Below, in pieces: positions 1 through 12,311 of a stretch of 64,000 bases of DNA. The notes below the pieces were generated by a model, which was not told the origin of the DNA, ran no database searches, and saw only the letters and a program-made list of their open reading frames with translations. Positions within the stretch are counted from its first letter, which is position 1. The number at the start of each line of letters is the position of its first letter. The stretch spans positions 9,208 to 73,207 of the forward strand of contig QCET01000003.1 of assembly GCA_003280495.1 (NCBI GenBank), given 5' to 3'. The DNA is from Pelagibacteraceae bacterium AG-359-E06 (lineage in GTDB: Bacteria > Pseudomonadota > Alphaproteobacteria > Pelagibacterales > Pelagibacteraceae). Position numbers and translations under genes: made by a program.

Positions 1-1
1 A

Positions 2-1243
2 TTCCAAGTTCCTCCAGGATCACCATTTGAGGAATTTTTTAAAGATCAAAACAAAGGACAGAAACAAAGAAGAACAGTAGCACTTGGATCAGGATTTGTA
101 ATAAAAAATAATGGTACAGTAATAACTAACAATCACGTTATACAAGGAGCAGAAGGTATATTTGTTCGCTTTACTGATGGTAAGGAATATGAAGCTAAAT
201 TAATAGGAACAGACCCAGTAAGTGACATTGCTGTTCTTAAAATTCAATCAAATGAAACTTTTAAAGCTTTAAAATTAGCTGATTCTTCAAAAGCTAAAGT
301 AGGCGACTGGGTTGTTGCAATTGGAAATCCCTTCGGGCTTGGTGGCACCGTAACATCTGGAATTATTTCCGCAATTAACAGAGACATCAATATGGGAAGA
401 TATGATAATTTTATACAAACCGATGCATCTATTAACCAAGGAAATTCAGGCGGTCCATTATTTAATATGAACGGAGATGTATTAGGAATCAATACTGCAA
501 TTTTTTCAAACTCTGGTGGATCTGTTGGTATAGGATTTGCAATCCCTGCGAATTTTGCGAAAAATGTTATTAATCAACTAATACAATTTGGAGAAACAAA
601 GAGAGGTTGGCTTGGTGTAAGGATTCAAGTTGTTTCAAAAGAGATTGCAGATGCAGTTTTCTTGAAGGAGCCAATAGGCGCTCTAGTTACGGACGTAAAT
701 CCTAAAGGCCCAGCGTTTAAATCAGGAATTAAGCCTGGCGATATAATCATAGAGTTTAACGGAACAAAAATAAAAACTATGAGAGAATTACCCAAAGTCG
801 TGGGAGAAGCTCCAGTTGGAAAAGCTGCAACAGTCAAAATTTGGAGAGATAAAAAAGTTTTAACAAAAAATGTTGTTTTAGGAAGATTAGAGGATACAGC
901 TGAATTTAAAAAAAGTATTAAGCCAAAAGAAAGCGAGGACAAATTACTTGCAGATCTTGGTGTAAGCGTAAGAAATATTAACAATAATGATGCAAAAAAT
1001 AGATCAAAATTAAAAACAAAAAAAGGAGTGATCATCACAAATATTAATCCAAACGGGCCATTAGGCATGCTCCCGATTACTCCTGGAGACGCAGTGATTG
1101 CGGTGCAAAACTCTAAGGTTCAAAATACAAAAGATTTTCAAGCAAAAATTTCTAAATTAATTAAATCTGGAAAAAAATCCATACTATTAACTATTGTGGA
1201 TTTGAATAATTCTACGAGATATATTGGTGTTAAAATAAAATAA
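2..1243 (+). CDS. htrA: HtrA/DegP-family periplasmic serine endoprotease (5' end cut by window edge)
   Basis: Frame 2 is open from base 2, so the track ORF 392..1243 is only the part after an internal Met. Trypsin-like triad contexts are TNNHV, SDIAVLKI and GNSGGPLF, followed by two PDZ-like segments. Confidence 0.9.
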   Translation, partial: FQVPPGSPFEEFFKDQNKGQKQRRTVALGSGFVIKNNGTVITNNHVIQGAEGIFVRFTDGKEYEAKLIGTDPVSDIAVLKIQSNETFKALKLADSSKAKVGDWVVAIGNPFGLGGTVTSGIISAINRDINMGRYDNFIQTDASINQGNSGGPLFNMNGDVLGINTAIFSNSGGSVGIGFAIPANFAKNVINQLIQFGETKRGWLGVRIQVVSKEIADAVFLKEPIGALVTDVNPKGPAFKSGIKPGDIIIEFNGTKIKTMRELPKVVGEAPVGKAATVKIWRDKKVLTKNVVLGRLEDTAEFKKSIKPKESEDKLLADLGVSVRNINNNDAKNRSKLKTKKGVIITNINPNGPLGMLPITPGDAVIAVQNSKVQNTKDFQAKISKLIKSGKKSILLTIVDLNNSTRYIGVKIK

Positions 1244-1250
1244 CTCCTTA

Positions 1251-2159
1251 ATGAAAAAAATAATTCTGTTATTTGGCCCAACTGCATCGGGAAAATCTAA
1301 ATTAGCTATCGATCTAGCCCAAAATTATAATGGTGAAATTGTGAATGCAGATAGTATGCAAGTCTATTCAGAAATTAAAATTCTTTCTGCAAGACCATAT
1401 GAAAAACATGTCAAACACCATTTATATGGATGCGCTTCTGTTAATGATAATTTTTCTGTAGGAAAATGGTACACCCTAGCAACTAATAAAATTAAAGAGA
1501 TAAATAAAAAAAATAAAGTAGCTATCGTTGTTGGTGGGACCGGACTTTATTTCAAAGTATTGATTGACGGATTGATAGATATTCCAGAAATTCCAAAAAT
1601 AGAAATGAATTTAAATCCTTTAGGTAGACATATGATGATCAACAGTTACTCAAACAAATATCCAGGAATATTTGATCACTTGGATGATCTTAATGATACG
1701 CAAAGGCTTTACCGGGCGATTGCTGTATACGATCATACGGGCATGACTGTTTCTGAATGGCTTACTAAAGAAAATAAAAAAAATTTTCAAACAAACGAGT
1801 TTATTAAAGTTTGTTTAATACCTGAAAAAAAAGAAATTGAAAATAGAATACAAAAGAGATTTGATGATATGCTCAATAATGGAGCAGTAGAGGAAGCAAA
1901 GAATTTTTATAAATTAGATATTTGGAAAAAATCACTTCACACCGCCAATTCAATAATAGGCCTTAGAGAAATACATCTTTATCTGAGTAAAAAAATTTCA
2001 CTAGATGAGCTAAAAAATGATGTTTTAGTCAGAACTAGACAATATGCAAAACGTCAATATACCTGGCAAAGAGGTCAAATGAAGGATTGGAAAGCTTTTG
2101 ATGATATAAATTATCTTGATTTACAAAAAAAAGTTAGCTCTTACATATCTAAAACTTGA
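1251..2159 (+). CDS. miaA: tRNA dimethylallyltransferase
   Basis: P-loop GPTASGKS at the N-terminus, ADSMQVY motif, length of about 300 aa. Confidence 0.9.
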   Translation: MKKIILLFGPTASGKSKLAIDLAQNYNGEIVNADSMQVYSEIKILSARPYEKHVKHHLYGCASVNDNFSVGKWYTLATNKIKEINKKNKVAIVVGGTGLYFKVLIDGLIDIPEIPKIEMNLNPLGRHMMINSYSNKYPGIFDHLDDLNDTQRLYRAIAVYDHTGMTVSEWLTKENKKNFQTNEFIKVCLIPEKKEIENRIQKRFDDMLNNGAVEEAKNFYKLDIWKKSLHTANSIIGLREIHLYLSKKISLDELKNDVLVRTRQYAKRQYTWQRGQMKDWKAFDDINYLDLQKKVSSYISKT

Positions 2160-2199
2160 CCCAGTTCAAACATCGGTTAAATTCAATCTTAGGGAGAAA

Positions 2200-3960
2200 A
2201 TGACCAATCAATTAACTGGTGCAGAGATTGTTTTTAAAGCGCTCGAGGAGCATGGAGTGGAGTATATATTTGGTTATCCAGGTGGTGCAGTCTTACCTAT
2301 GTACGATCAAATATCAAAACAAAAAAAAATAAAACATATATTAGTACGACATGAACAAGGTGCCGGCCACGCTGCCGAAGGTTATGCTAGATCCTCAGGT
2401 AAGCCAGGGATAATTCTTGTTACATCTGGACCAGGTGCAACTAATACTGTAACTGCGCTCACCGATGCTTATATGGACTCGGTCCCTTTAGTTTGTATAA
2501 CTGGACAGGTTCCAACACATTTAATCGGAACAGATGCATTTCAAGAATGTGATACAACAGGAATTACTAGACCTTGTACAAAACACAATTGGTTAATTAA
2601 AGATGTAAACAAAATTGCCGAAACAGTTCACAAAGCATTTAATATTGCTACAACTGGAAGACCAGGTCCTGTTTTAATTGATATTCCAAAAGATATTCAG
2701 TTTCAAAAAGGAGTTTATAAATCTTCTAAAGAAATTGAAATTGATAATAAGAAAAAAATTATTAATTCTGATTTAACTAATATTGAAAAAGCGGTAGAGA
2801 TGATAGTTAAATCATCAAAACCAATTTTTTATACAGGTGGCGGAGTTATAAATTCTGGACCAGAAGCATCAAAAGCATTAAGAGAATTGGTCAAGCTATC
2901 TGGATTTCCAGTCACTTCAACCTTACAAGGTTTGGGCGCGATACCAGGAGACGATCATCAATTTTTAGGGATGCTTGGAATGCACGGCACATACGAAGCA
3001 AATAATGCCATGCATGATTGCGATTTATTAATAAATATTGGAGCAAGATTTGATGATAGGATTACAGGAAGAGTTGATGCGTTTTCGCCAAATTCAAAAA
3101 AAATACATATTGATATTGATCCATCATCAATAAACAAAATCGTCAAAACGGACTTATCAATTGTTGGAGATTCTTTAACGGTAATCTCTGAGATGATAAC
3201 AATACTAAAAACTAAATACTCAAACTTTAATAGTTCAAACAAAGAAAAAATTAGTGCCTGGTGGAGTCAAATTGAAACTTGGAGAAAAAAGAAGTCATTA
3301 TCGTACAAAAAAGATAAAAAATTAATTATGCCTCAACAAGCAGTAGAAAAGCTTTATGAATTAACAAAAAAACAAGATACTTTTATAACAACTGAGGTTG
3401 GCCAGCATCAAATGTGGGCCGCCCAGTTTTATAAGTTTAAAGAGCCAAACAGATGGATGACTTCAGGTGGTTTAGGAACTATGGGTTATGGGTTGCCCGC
3501 AGCAATTGGTGTTCAATTAGCTCATCCAAAAAAATTAGTTGTAGATATAGCAGGTGAAGCTTCAATCCTCATGAATATACAAGAGCTATCAACTGCTGTA
3601 CAATATAGATTACCAATTAAAATTTTTATATTAAACAACCAATGGATGGGCATGGTTCGCCAATGGCAAGAATTACTTCATGAAAAAAATTATTCAGAAA
3701 GTTACACCGAAGCCTTACCTGACTTTGTTAAATTAGCAGAAGCATACGGAGCAGTTGGTATTAGAGCAACTAATCCAAATGAGTTAGATGACAAAATTGA
3801 AGAGATGATGAAAATTAACAAGCCGGTAATTTTTGATTGTGTTGTAAAAAAAGATGAAAATTGTTTTCCAATGATACCATCCGGCAAACCTCATAACGAA
3901 ATGATACTCGGACCAGATGACGAGGAGGAAATTTCAGAAGAAGGAAAAGTTTTAGTTTAG
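2200..3960 (+). CDS. ilvI: acetolactate synthase (AHAS) large subunit
   Basis: MTNQLTGAEIVFKALEEHGVEYIFGYPGG N-terminus and TPP-binding GGLGTMGYGLPAAIG. Start moved to ATG 2200, preceded by AGGGAG. The track start at 2116 overlaps miaA and adds non-homologous residues. Confidence 0.93.
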   Translation: MTNQLTGAEIVFKALEEHGVEYIFGYPGGAVLPMYDQISKQKKIKHILVRHEQGAGHAAEGYARSSGKPGIILVTSGPGATNTVTALTDAYMDSVPLVCITGQVPTHLIGTDAFQECDTTGITRPCTKHNWLIKDVNKIAETVHKAFNIATTGRPGPVLIDIPKDIQFQKGVYKSSKEIEIDNKKKIINSDLTNIEKAVEMIVKSSKPIFYTGGGVINSGPEASKALRELVKLSGFPVTSTLQGLGAIPGDDHQFLGMLGMHGTYEANNAMHDCDLLINIGARFDDRITGRVDAFSPNSKKIHIDIDPSSINKIVKTDLSIVGDSLTVISEMITILKTKYSNFNSSNKEKISAWWSQIETWRKKKSLSYKKDKKLIMPQQAVEKLYELTKKQDTFITTEVGQHQMWAAQFYKFKEPNRWMTSGGLGTMGYGLPAAIGVQLAHPKKLVVDIAGEASILMNIQELSTAVQYRLPIKIFILNNQWMGMVRQWQELLHEKNYSESYTEALPDFVKLAEAYGAVGIRATNPNELDDKIEEMMKINKPVIFDCVVKKDENCFPMIPSGKPHNEMILGPDDEEEISEEGKVLV

Positions 3961-3962
3961 TT

Positions 3963-5539
<1,577 letters not shown>

Positions 5540-5643
5540 GATTTTAAGGCTTTTTTGGTAACACTGAGTTTGAGCGTATAAAGTTAATACAATTATAGCG
5601 TTAATTAGTGGATTTTTTTTGAATCATTTATTAGATTGGCAAT

Positions 5644-7197
5644 ATGACTAAAAATCAAATTATTATTTTTGATACAACTTTAAGAGATGGTGAGCAATCA
5701 CCAGGTGCATCTATGAGTCTTGAGGAAAAAATAAAGATTGCTCATGCATTTCAAGATCTAGGAGTTGATGTTATGGAAGCGGGTTTTCCAGCTGCATCCC
5801 AAGGAGATTTTGAAGCTGTGACTGAGATTTCAAAGATTTTAAAAACTACAACTCCATGTGGTTTAGCAAGAGCATTAAAAAATGATTTAGAAAAATGCGC
5901 TGAATCGTTAAAGCATGCAAAGAATTTTAGAATACATACTTTTGTTTCCACAAGCGATCTACACATAAAACATAAATTGCAAAAAACTAGAGAAGAGGTT
6001 TTAGATTTAATAAAATTTAGCGTTGAGTTTGCTAAAAAACACACTGATGATGTTGAGTGGTCGCCTGAAGATGCAACTAGGACAGATCCAGACTATTTAT
6101 GTAAAACTGTTGAGCTTGCAATCAAATGTGGAGCAAAAACTATAAATATTCCAGATACTGTAGGTTATGCATTACCTAATGATTACGAAAGAATAATTAA
6201 AGATTTATTTAATAGAGTACCAAATATTGATAAAGTTGTTGTATCAACTCACACTCACAATGATTTAGGTTTAGGAGTTGCAAATGCTTTAGCAGGAATT
6301 TCTGCAGGTGCGAGACAAGTAGAATGTACTATAAACGGAATAGGCGAGAGAGCAGGAAATGCTGCGCTAGAAGAAATTGTCATGGCATTGAAAACAAGAA
6401 ATGATTTAATGCCTTTTTCCACAAATATAAATACAAAAAAAATTAGCGCTTGTTCAAAATTAGTTTCCAGTGTCACAGGTTTTCCAATTCAATATAATAA
6501 GGCAATTGTCGGAAAAAATGCGTTCGCTCATGAGTCAGGTATTCATCAAGATGGAATGCTTAAAAATAGTAAAACTTATGAAATTATGACACCTGAAAGT
6601 GTGGGAGTTAAAAAATCTTCATTAGTTATGGGTAAGCATTCCGGGAGACATGCATTTAAAGAAAAATTAGTTTCTTTAGGATATCCTGATTTTTCTGAAG
6701 AACGTATCGATGTTGCTTTTAAAAAGTTTAAAGATTTAGCAGATAAGAAAAAACACGTATTTGACGAGGATATTGCAGTACTTATCGATGATGATTTCAT
6801 GAAAGATAACAATATAATAAAATTGATTTCGTTAGATGTCTCAGCTGGTACGAAAGGTCAAAAAGCAACTTTAGAATTAGATGTTAGTGGTAAAGTTTCT
6901 AAAACCCAACAATCTGGCGACGGACCAGTAGATTCAATCTTTAAATGTATTAAAGAAATTTTTCCGCACGATGTAAATCTTCAACTTTATCAAGTGCATG
7001 CAGTAACAGAAGGTACAGATGCACAAGCAACAGTAAGTGTAAGAATTGAAGAAAAGGGAAAAATATCAGTGGGACAAGCAGCGGATACTGATACGCTAGT
7101 AGCGTCTGCTAAGGCTTATATTAATGCGTTAAACAAACTAATATTGAAAAGGAAAAGAACTGCACCAACAGATGATGAATATTCTGCTGCGGTATAG
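5644..7197 (+). CDS. leuA: 2-isopropylmalate synthase
   Basis: DTTLRDGEQSPG, HTHNDLGLGVANALAG, and a C-terminal LeuA dimerisation/regulatory domain. Confidence 0.95.
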   Translation: MTKNQIIIFDTTLRDGEQSPGASMSLEEKIKIAHAFQDLGVDVMEAGFPAASQGDFEAVTEISKILKTTTPCGLARALKNDLEKCAESLKHAKNFRIHTFVSTSDLHIKHKLQKTREEVLDLIKFSVEFAKKHTDDVEWSPEDATRTDPDYLCKTVELAIKCGAKTINIPDTVGYALPNDYERIIKDLFNRVPNIDKVVVSTHTHNDLGLGVANALAGISAGARQVECTINGIGERAGNAALEEIVMALKTRNDLMPFSTNINTKKISACSKLVSSVTGFPIQYNKAIVGKNAFAHESGIHQDGMLKNSKTYEIMTPESVGVKKSSLVMGKHSGRHAFKEKLVSLGYPDFSEERIDVAFKKFKDLADKKKHVFDEDIAVLIDDDFMKDNNIIKLISLDVSAGTKGQKATLELDVSGKVSKTQQSGDGPVDSIFKCIKEIFPHDVNLQLYQVHAVTEGTDAQATVSVRIEEKGKISVGQAADTDTLVASAKAYINALNKLILKRKRTAPTDDEYSAAV

Positions 7198-8238
<1,041 letters not shown>

Positions 8239-8243
8239 ATTAA

Positions 8244-9047
8244 ATGTACTTTGCATCGCCAGAAAAAGAGGGTGTAAAAAAAAATATTATAATTTTTGCA
8301 TTCTTATCTTTGTTGCTTTTACTTATTGATACGTATGACAAAAAATATTTTAAATATTTGAAATCAGCCATAAATGACACGATCATTTACTCTGCAGTTG
8401 CAATTAAGTATCCATTTCAAAAAATTTTTGACGTAGTAGCAAGTGTATCAAACGTATTTGATGATGAAATTATAACTGAGGATGTAGAAAAACTCAAACA
8501 AGAATTAACAACATTACAAAATAAGAATCAAACTTTGAATTTACAATTAAAAAAATTACAAAATATAGTTAATGAGGAACAGTACGATTATGATTTTATT
8601 AATTCTAAAGTTTTGATGTATAAAAAAAATTTGTTGTCAGACTCAATATTAATAAGCAAAGGTAGTGCACATGGTGTTAAAGCTGGAGATCCAATTGTTC
8701 GAGAAAATAGACTAGTTGGTAAAATTATTGACGTTAATTATGCCTCTTCAAAAGCTATATTGTTAACGAATATAAGAAGCAGAATCCCAGTTAATGTTGG
8801 TGAGAAAAGTCATAGAGCAATTTTAGTTGGTAATCCAAATATTGAAGGCGGAATTAGTTTAGAGTTTTTACCAAAAAATGTAAAATTTAATAATGGAGAT
8901 AAAATTTTTACATCTTCAATAGATCAAATTGTTCCTGCTGGAATCTTAGTAGGTTCTGTTAAAAATATTAAGGATAAATTTATAGTTGAGCTAGCGTTTC
9001 AAAATTCTCAATTAGATTATGTAACAATAATGAGCTTAAAAAAATGA
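8244..9047 (+). CDS. mreC: rod-shape-determining protein MreC
   Basis: N-terminal TM segment, coiled-coil stretch (LKQELTTLQNKNQTLNLQLKKLQ), then a beta-rich C-terminal domain. Position is immediately after mreB. Confidence 0.8.
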   Translation: MYFASPEKEGVKKNIIIFAFLSLLLLLIDTYDKKYFKYLKSAINDTIIYSAVAIKYPFQKIFDVVASVSNVFDDEIITEDVEKLKQELTTLQNKNQTLNLQLKKLQNIVNEEQYDYDFINSKVLMYKKNLLSDSILISKGSAHGVKAGDPIVRENRLVGKIIDVNYASSKAILLTNIRSRIPVNVGEKSHRAILVGNPNIEGGISLEFLPKNVKFNNGDKIFTSSIDQIVPAGILVGSVKNIKDKFIVELAFQNSQLDYVTIMSLKK

Positions 9048-9535
9048 CAAATATTTTATATCGATATTTTCCATTTATTACTTTGCTAGTAGTTACAATT
9101 ATGGGATCGACAAATATATCTTTGTATGGAAAAACATTAGGTGAATTAGTAACTTTGCAATTTATTGTTATATTTGCATTTAAATTAGCAAATCCAAATG
9201 CGAACTTTGGAAAAGGAGTTCTGCTTTTTATAGTTAGTATAATTAATGATGCCCTCCAAGGTTTGACTTTAGGAACCTCTGGGTTGCTTTATTTTACAAT
9301 CTTTGCTGTTGCAACCTTTCAAGCTGGAATTAAATTGAGAAACCTATTTTTATCAGAGTGGGTAGCTTTTATCTTTGCAGTTACTTGTTGTTACATTATA
9401 CTTTATTTAATTGAAACTATATTTTATGAAACTGCCTTTCCATTTACACTTTACGGATTAAATTTTGCCTTCACTGTTTTGGCATATCCTGTATGCTGGG
9501 TATTAATTCATAAAATATTTTATAGAAATGCTTAA
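9044..9535 (+). CDS. mreD: rod-shape-determining protein MreD (polytopic membrane protein)
   Basis: About 160 aa and all-hydrophobic, with an ATGA overlap onto the mreC stop. The call rests mostly on position and topology. Confidence 0.6.
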   Translation: MTNILYRYFPFITLLVVTIMGSTNISLYGKTLGELVTLQFIVIFAFKLANPNANFGKGVLLFIVSIINDALQGLTLGTSGLLYFTIFAVATFQAGIKLRNLFLSEWVAFIFAVTCCYIILYLIETIFYETAFPFTLYGLNFAFTVLAYPVCWVLIHKIFYRNA

Positions 9536-9941
9536 GGATATTGAAAAAAAGAATCTGGCTAAAAAAATTAAGGGTGTCAAAAGCACTACTGAAAAAATAA
9601 AAATTTTACTTACAGAGAAACTAAATTCTGATTATAAGAACAAAGAAAAAATAAAAGAAGAAATAAAACAAAAGATTAAAGATAAAGAGATACACAAGGA
9701 CATTTTTTATGGTTATCAAGTAGCCAGTGACATGTGGGATCTCGCAGGCGATACATCAGCTGATTTAAATTATTATTCAAAAAGACTTATTTTAGTATCT
9801 GTTTATTCAAACATTTTATTTAAAATTTTGACTTGCAAAACTTACCAACAGCAAAGTATCGATAAAGATATTGATAAATCTCTAAAAGGGGTAAAAAAGT
9901 TTAATGAGGTTAAATCTAGTATTTTAAAGCAATTCAGTTAG
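9528..9941 (+). CDS. hypothetical lysine-rich protein (137 aa)
   Basis: ORF start overlaps the mreD stop by 8 nt. The 3' end overlaps the convergent purK 3' end by 18 nt. I recognise no family. Confidence 0.45.
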   Translation: MLKDIEKKNLAKKIKGVKSTTEKIKILLTEKLNSDYKNKEKIKEEIKQKIKDKEIHKDIFYGYQVASDMWDLAGDTSADLNYYSKRLILVSVYSNILFKILTCKTYQQQSIDKDIDKSLKGVKKFNEVKSSILKQFS

Positions 9942-10964
9942 ATGGCCCATTTTTCTATTTTCTTTTACATCGGTTTTTAAATAGTCATGAAAAAATTGTT
10001 TGTTTAAATATTTTGATTTTCTTGCATCTATAATATCACTTCCTAAAATATTCGTCATTACAGCATCGTGTTTTAAAGTTGTGATAGAATTTTCCAAATT
10101 CATCACTGCTCTAACATGATTTTCGAATTGGCTTATGTTGTACGCTTCAATAGTTAAATGACCTGAATTATGAACTCTAGGAGCTATTTCGTTTAATTTT
10201 GGACCATCCTCGTCTAAAAAAAATTCAACGCACATAGTTCCAATATAGTTTAATTTTTCCGCAATTTTTTTTGAATAGTCTTTAGCAATTTCTAAGTCAT
10301 CCCATACAACTTTTTCAGGAATCTTTGTTGTCGACATATGCAAAATTCCATTTTTGTGCAAATTAAAAAAAGGACTATACATTTGTATATTTTGGTTTTG
10401 GAATCTTGTTAAAATAATAGAAAATTCAAAAGAATAATTTATTTTTTTCTCGAGTATGTAATTTTTTGAATAATCAATCTCTTTAATTTTTAAATTATTA
10501 ATATTTTCTAAAAAAAGCTGCCCTTTGCCATCGTAACCTAGAGTCGTTGTTTTTAAAAAACCAGGTAGTAAAGATGAATTTTTAATTAAATCACTTTTAT
10601 TTTTTATTTGCGCATACTTTGTGGTCTTTACACCTAAGTTGTTCACGTAATTTTTCTCAAGCAATCTATTTTGAACAATTTTGTTAATATTTGGATCTGG
10701 AAACACCGGTTTTATAGCCGATAATTCTTTAAGTGTTTGAAAAGGAATATTTTCAAATTCAAAAGTTACGACATCACATGTCTGTGCAAATTTTTCTAGA
10801 TTTTCTTTTGTTGTATAATCTGAACAAAGAAATTCATCACAAAAATTTTGAGCTGGCGCATCACTATCATCTGTTAAAATGATAGTTTGTAAATCAAGTT
10901 TCTTTGCTGCTTGGCAAAGCATGCTACCTAACTGACCACCGCCAATTATTCCAAGTTTTTTCAT
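9924..10964 (-). CDS. purK: N5-carboxyaminoimidazole ribonucleotide synthase (ATP-grasp)
   Basis: KLGIIGGGQLGSML N-terminus and ATP-grasp core. Lies directly downstream of purE with a 1-nt overlap. Confidence 0.9.
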   Translation of the reverse strand: MKKLGIIGGGQLGSMLCQAAKKLDLQTIILTDDSDAPAQNFCDEFLCSDYTTKENLEKFAQTCDVVTFEFENIPFQTLKELSAIKPVFPDPNINKIVQNRLLEKNYVNNLGVKTTKYAQIKNKSDLIKNSSLLPGFLKTTTLGYDGKGQLFLENINNLKIKEIDYSKNYILEKKINYSFEFSIILTRFQNQNIQMYSPFFNLHKNGILHMSTTKIPEKVVWDDLEIAKDYSKKIAEKLNYIGTMCVEFFLDEDGPKLNEIAPRVHNSGHLTIEAYNISQFENHVRAVMNLENSITTLKHDAVMTNILGSDIIDARKSKYLNKQFFHDYLKTDVKENRKMGHLTELL

Positions 10965-11458
10965 TACCTAGGCTTTTGCTTTACTTTTTTTGTTTGTTTT
11001 CTTCTATAAGAAATAAGTTTATCTGCTACTTCAGAATTATACGTTGCAATTATGGATGCTGCAAACAAACCTGCATTAGCAGCTCCTGTTTTTCCTATCG
11101 CAACTGTGCCAACAGGAATACCCTTTGGCATTTGTACTATTGATAATAAGCTATCAAGACCATTTAAACTTTTACTTTTAATCGGAACGCCAATAACTGG
11201 AATTTCAGTTAAGGATGCAATCATCCCTGGCAAATGTGCAGAGCCACCGGCTCCCGCAATTATCACTGCTATATTATTTTTTTTTGCCTTAGAGGAAAAA
11301 TCATACATCCTCTTTGGTGTACGGTGAGCTGATACTATTTTGGTATCAATTTTAACACCTAGCTTTTTTAAAATATCTGCAGCAAATTTCATTGTAGGCC
11401 AATCAGATTTGCTACCCATGACTATTGAGACTAATGGTACTTTTGAATTTTTTTTCAA
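10964..11458 (-). CDS. purE: N5-CAIR mutase
   Basis: [14 protein letters not shown] and [10 protein letters not shown] motifs. TTG start overlaps the TGA stop of the upstream gene (TTGA). Confidence 0.93.
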   Translation of the reverse strand: MKKNSKVPLVSIVMGSKSDWPTMKFAADILKKLGVKIDTKIVSAHRTPKRMYDFSSKAKKNNIAVIIAGAGGSAHLPGMIASLTEIPVIGVPIKSKSLNGLDSLLSIVQMPKGIPVGTVAIGKTGAANAGLFAASIIATYNSEVADKLISYRRKQTKKVKQKPR

Positions 11459-12036
11459 TTTGCTTGTTGTTGCTGTTGCTGAGTTTCTTTTTGTTTTTTC
11501 TTTTCTGCTCTTTCTTGTTTTCTTTTAGCTTTATCTATTGCTTTTTGTAAATCTGTTTGAGTGCATAAATTTGCAGCCACTGGATCTTTTGGAGATATGT
11601 TGGACATGTTCCAATGTTTTCTAGTTCTTATTGCGTCGACAGTATTTTTAGTGGTTCCTACAAGTTTACAGATTTGCCCATCACTTAACATTGGATAGTT
11701 TTTTGTCAGCCAAGATATTGCATTAGGTCTATCTTCACGTTTTGAAATAGGCGTGTATTTAGTTCCTACAATTTTTTTTACCTCAACATCTAAAGTTTTT
11801 TCCTTAATTTTTAAAGGTCTAGATGAGTCTTTTGAGCAAGCTTCAATCTCGTCACGAGTTAATTGATTAGACAAAATTGGATTATATGCTTTTATACCTA
11901 CTGCCACGTCACCATCAGCAATACCTTTAACTTCTAATTCATGGATACCGCAAAAATCAGCAATTTGTTTAAATGTTAAAGTTGTGTTTTCAATTAGCCA
12001 AACAGCTGTTGCTTTTGGCATTAGTGGAGAATTCAT
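11455..12036 (-). CDS. DUF1013-family protein (conserved alphaproteobacterial) with a K/E-rich tail ending in a poly-Q run
   Basis: [42 protein letters not shown] resembles the DUF1013 family as I recall it. The C-terminus is [23 protein letters not shown]. Confidence 0.6.
   Translation of the reverse strand: MNSPLMPKATAVWLIENTTLTFKQIADFCGIHELEVKGIADGDVAVGIKAYNPILSNQLTRDEIEACSKDSSRPLKIKEKTLDVEVKKIVGTKYTPISKREDRPNAISWLTKNYPMLSDGQICKLVGTTKNTVDAIRTRKHWNMSNISPKDPVAANLCTQTDLQKAIDKAKRKQERAEKKKQKETQQQQQQAN
11464..11481 (-). repeat. CAA/CAG trinucleotide run encoding Q6
   Basis: Plus strand reads ttgttgttgctgttgctg, which is six consecutive Gln codons on the minus strand. Confidence 0.9.
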
Positions 12037-12038
12037 AA

Positions 12039-12260
12039 TTAACTTTTTTTGAGATTAGCAAATTTTTTATTAAATTTACTTACTCTACCTTTATCTTGAA
12101 CTCTTTGTGTTTCACCTGTCCATGCAGGGTGGGATTTTGGATCAATATCTAACTTCATGACCTCGCCCTCAGAGCCCCAAGTTGACATAGTTTCAAATTC
12201 AGTGCCGTCAGTCATTTGCACTTTAATTTTATTCATTTTAGGATGAATCTTTTTTTTCAT
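12039..12260 (-). CDS. rpmE: 50S ribosomal protein L31 (Cys-less type)
   Basis: [28 protein letters not shown]...[13 protein letters not shown]. No CxxC zinc motif. Confidence 0.92.
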   Translation of the reverse strand: MKKKIHPKMNKIKVQMTDGTEFETMSTWGSEGEVMKLDIDPKSHPAWTGETQRVQDKGRVSKFNKKFANLKKS

Positions 12261-12311
12261 AAAAAAGGTTTTATATCAAATCAGGTTAATTAAACAATAA
12301 TTGAATACTCG

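Noticed and set aside
2116-2199. 28 extra N-terminal codons of the acetolactate synthase ORF, overlapping the miaA 3' end.
   Set aside because: ATG 2200 is preceded by AGGGAG and yields the typical AHAS N-terminus. The upstream codons are just the open frame across the miaA end.
5540-5643. Leucine leader-peptide attenuator upstream of leuA.
   Set aside because: No ORF with consecutive Leu codons and no terminator/antiterminator hairpin pair. The longest ORFs are 8 codons (TTG 5556 plus strand; MIQKKSTN minus strand).
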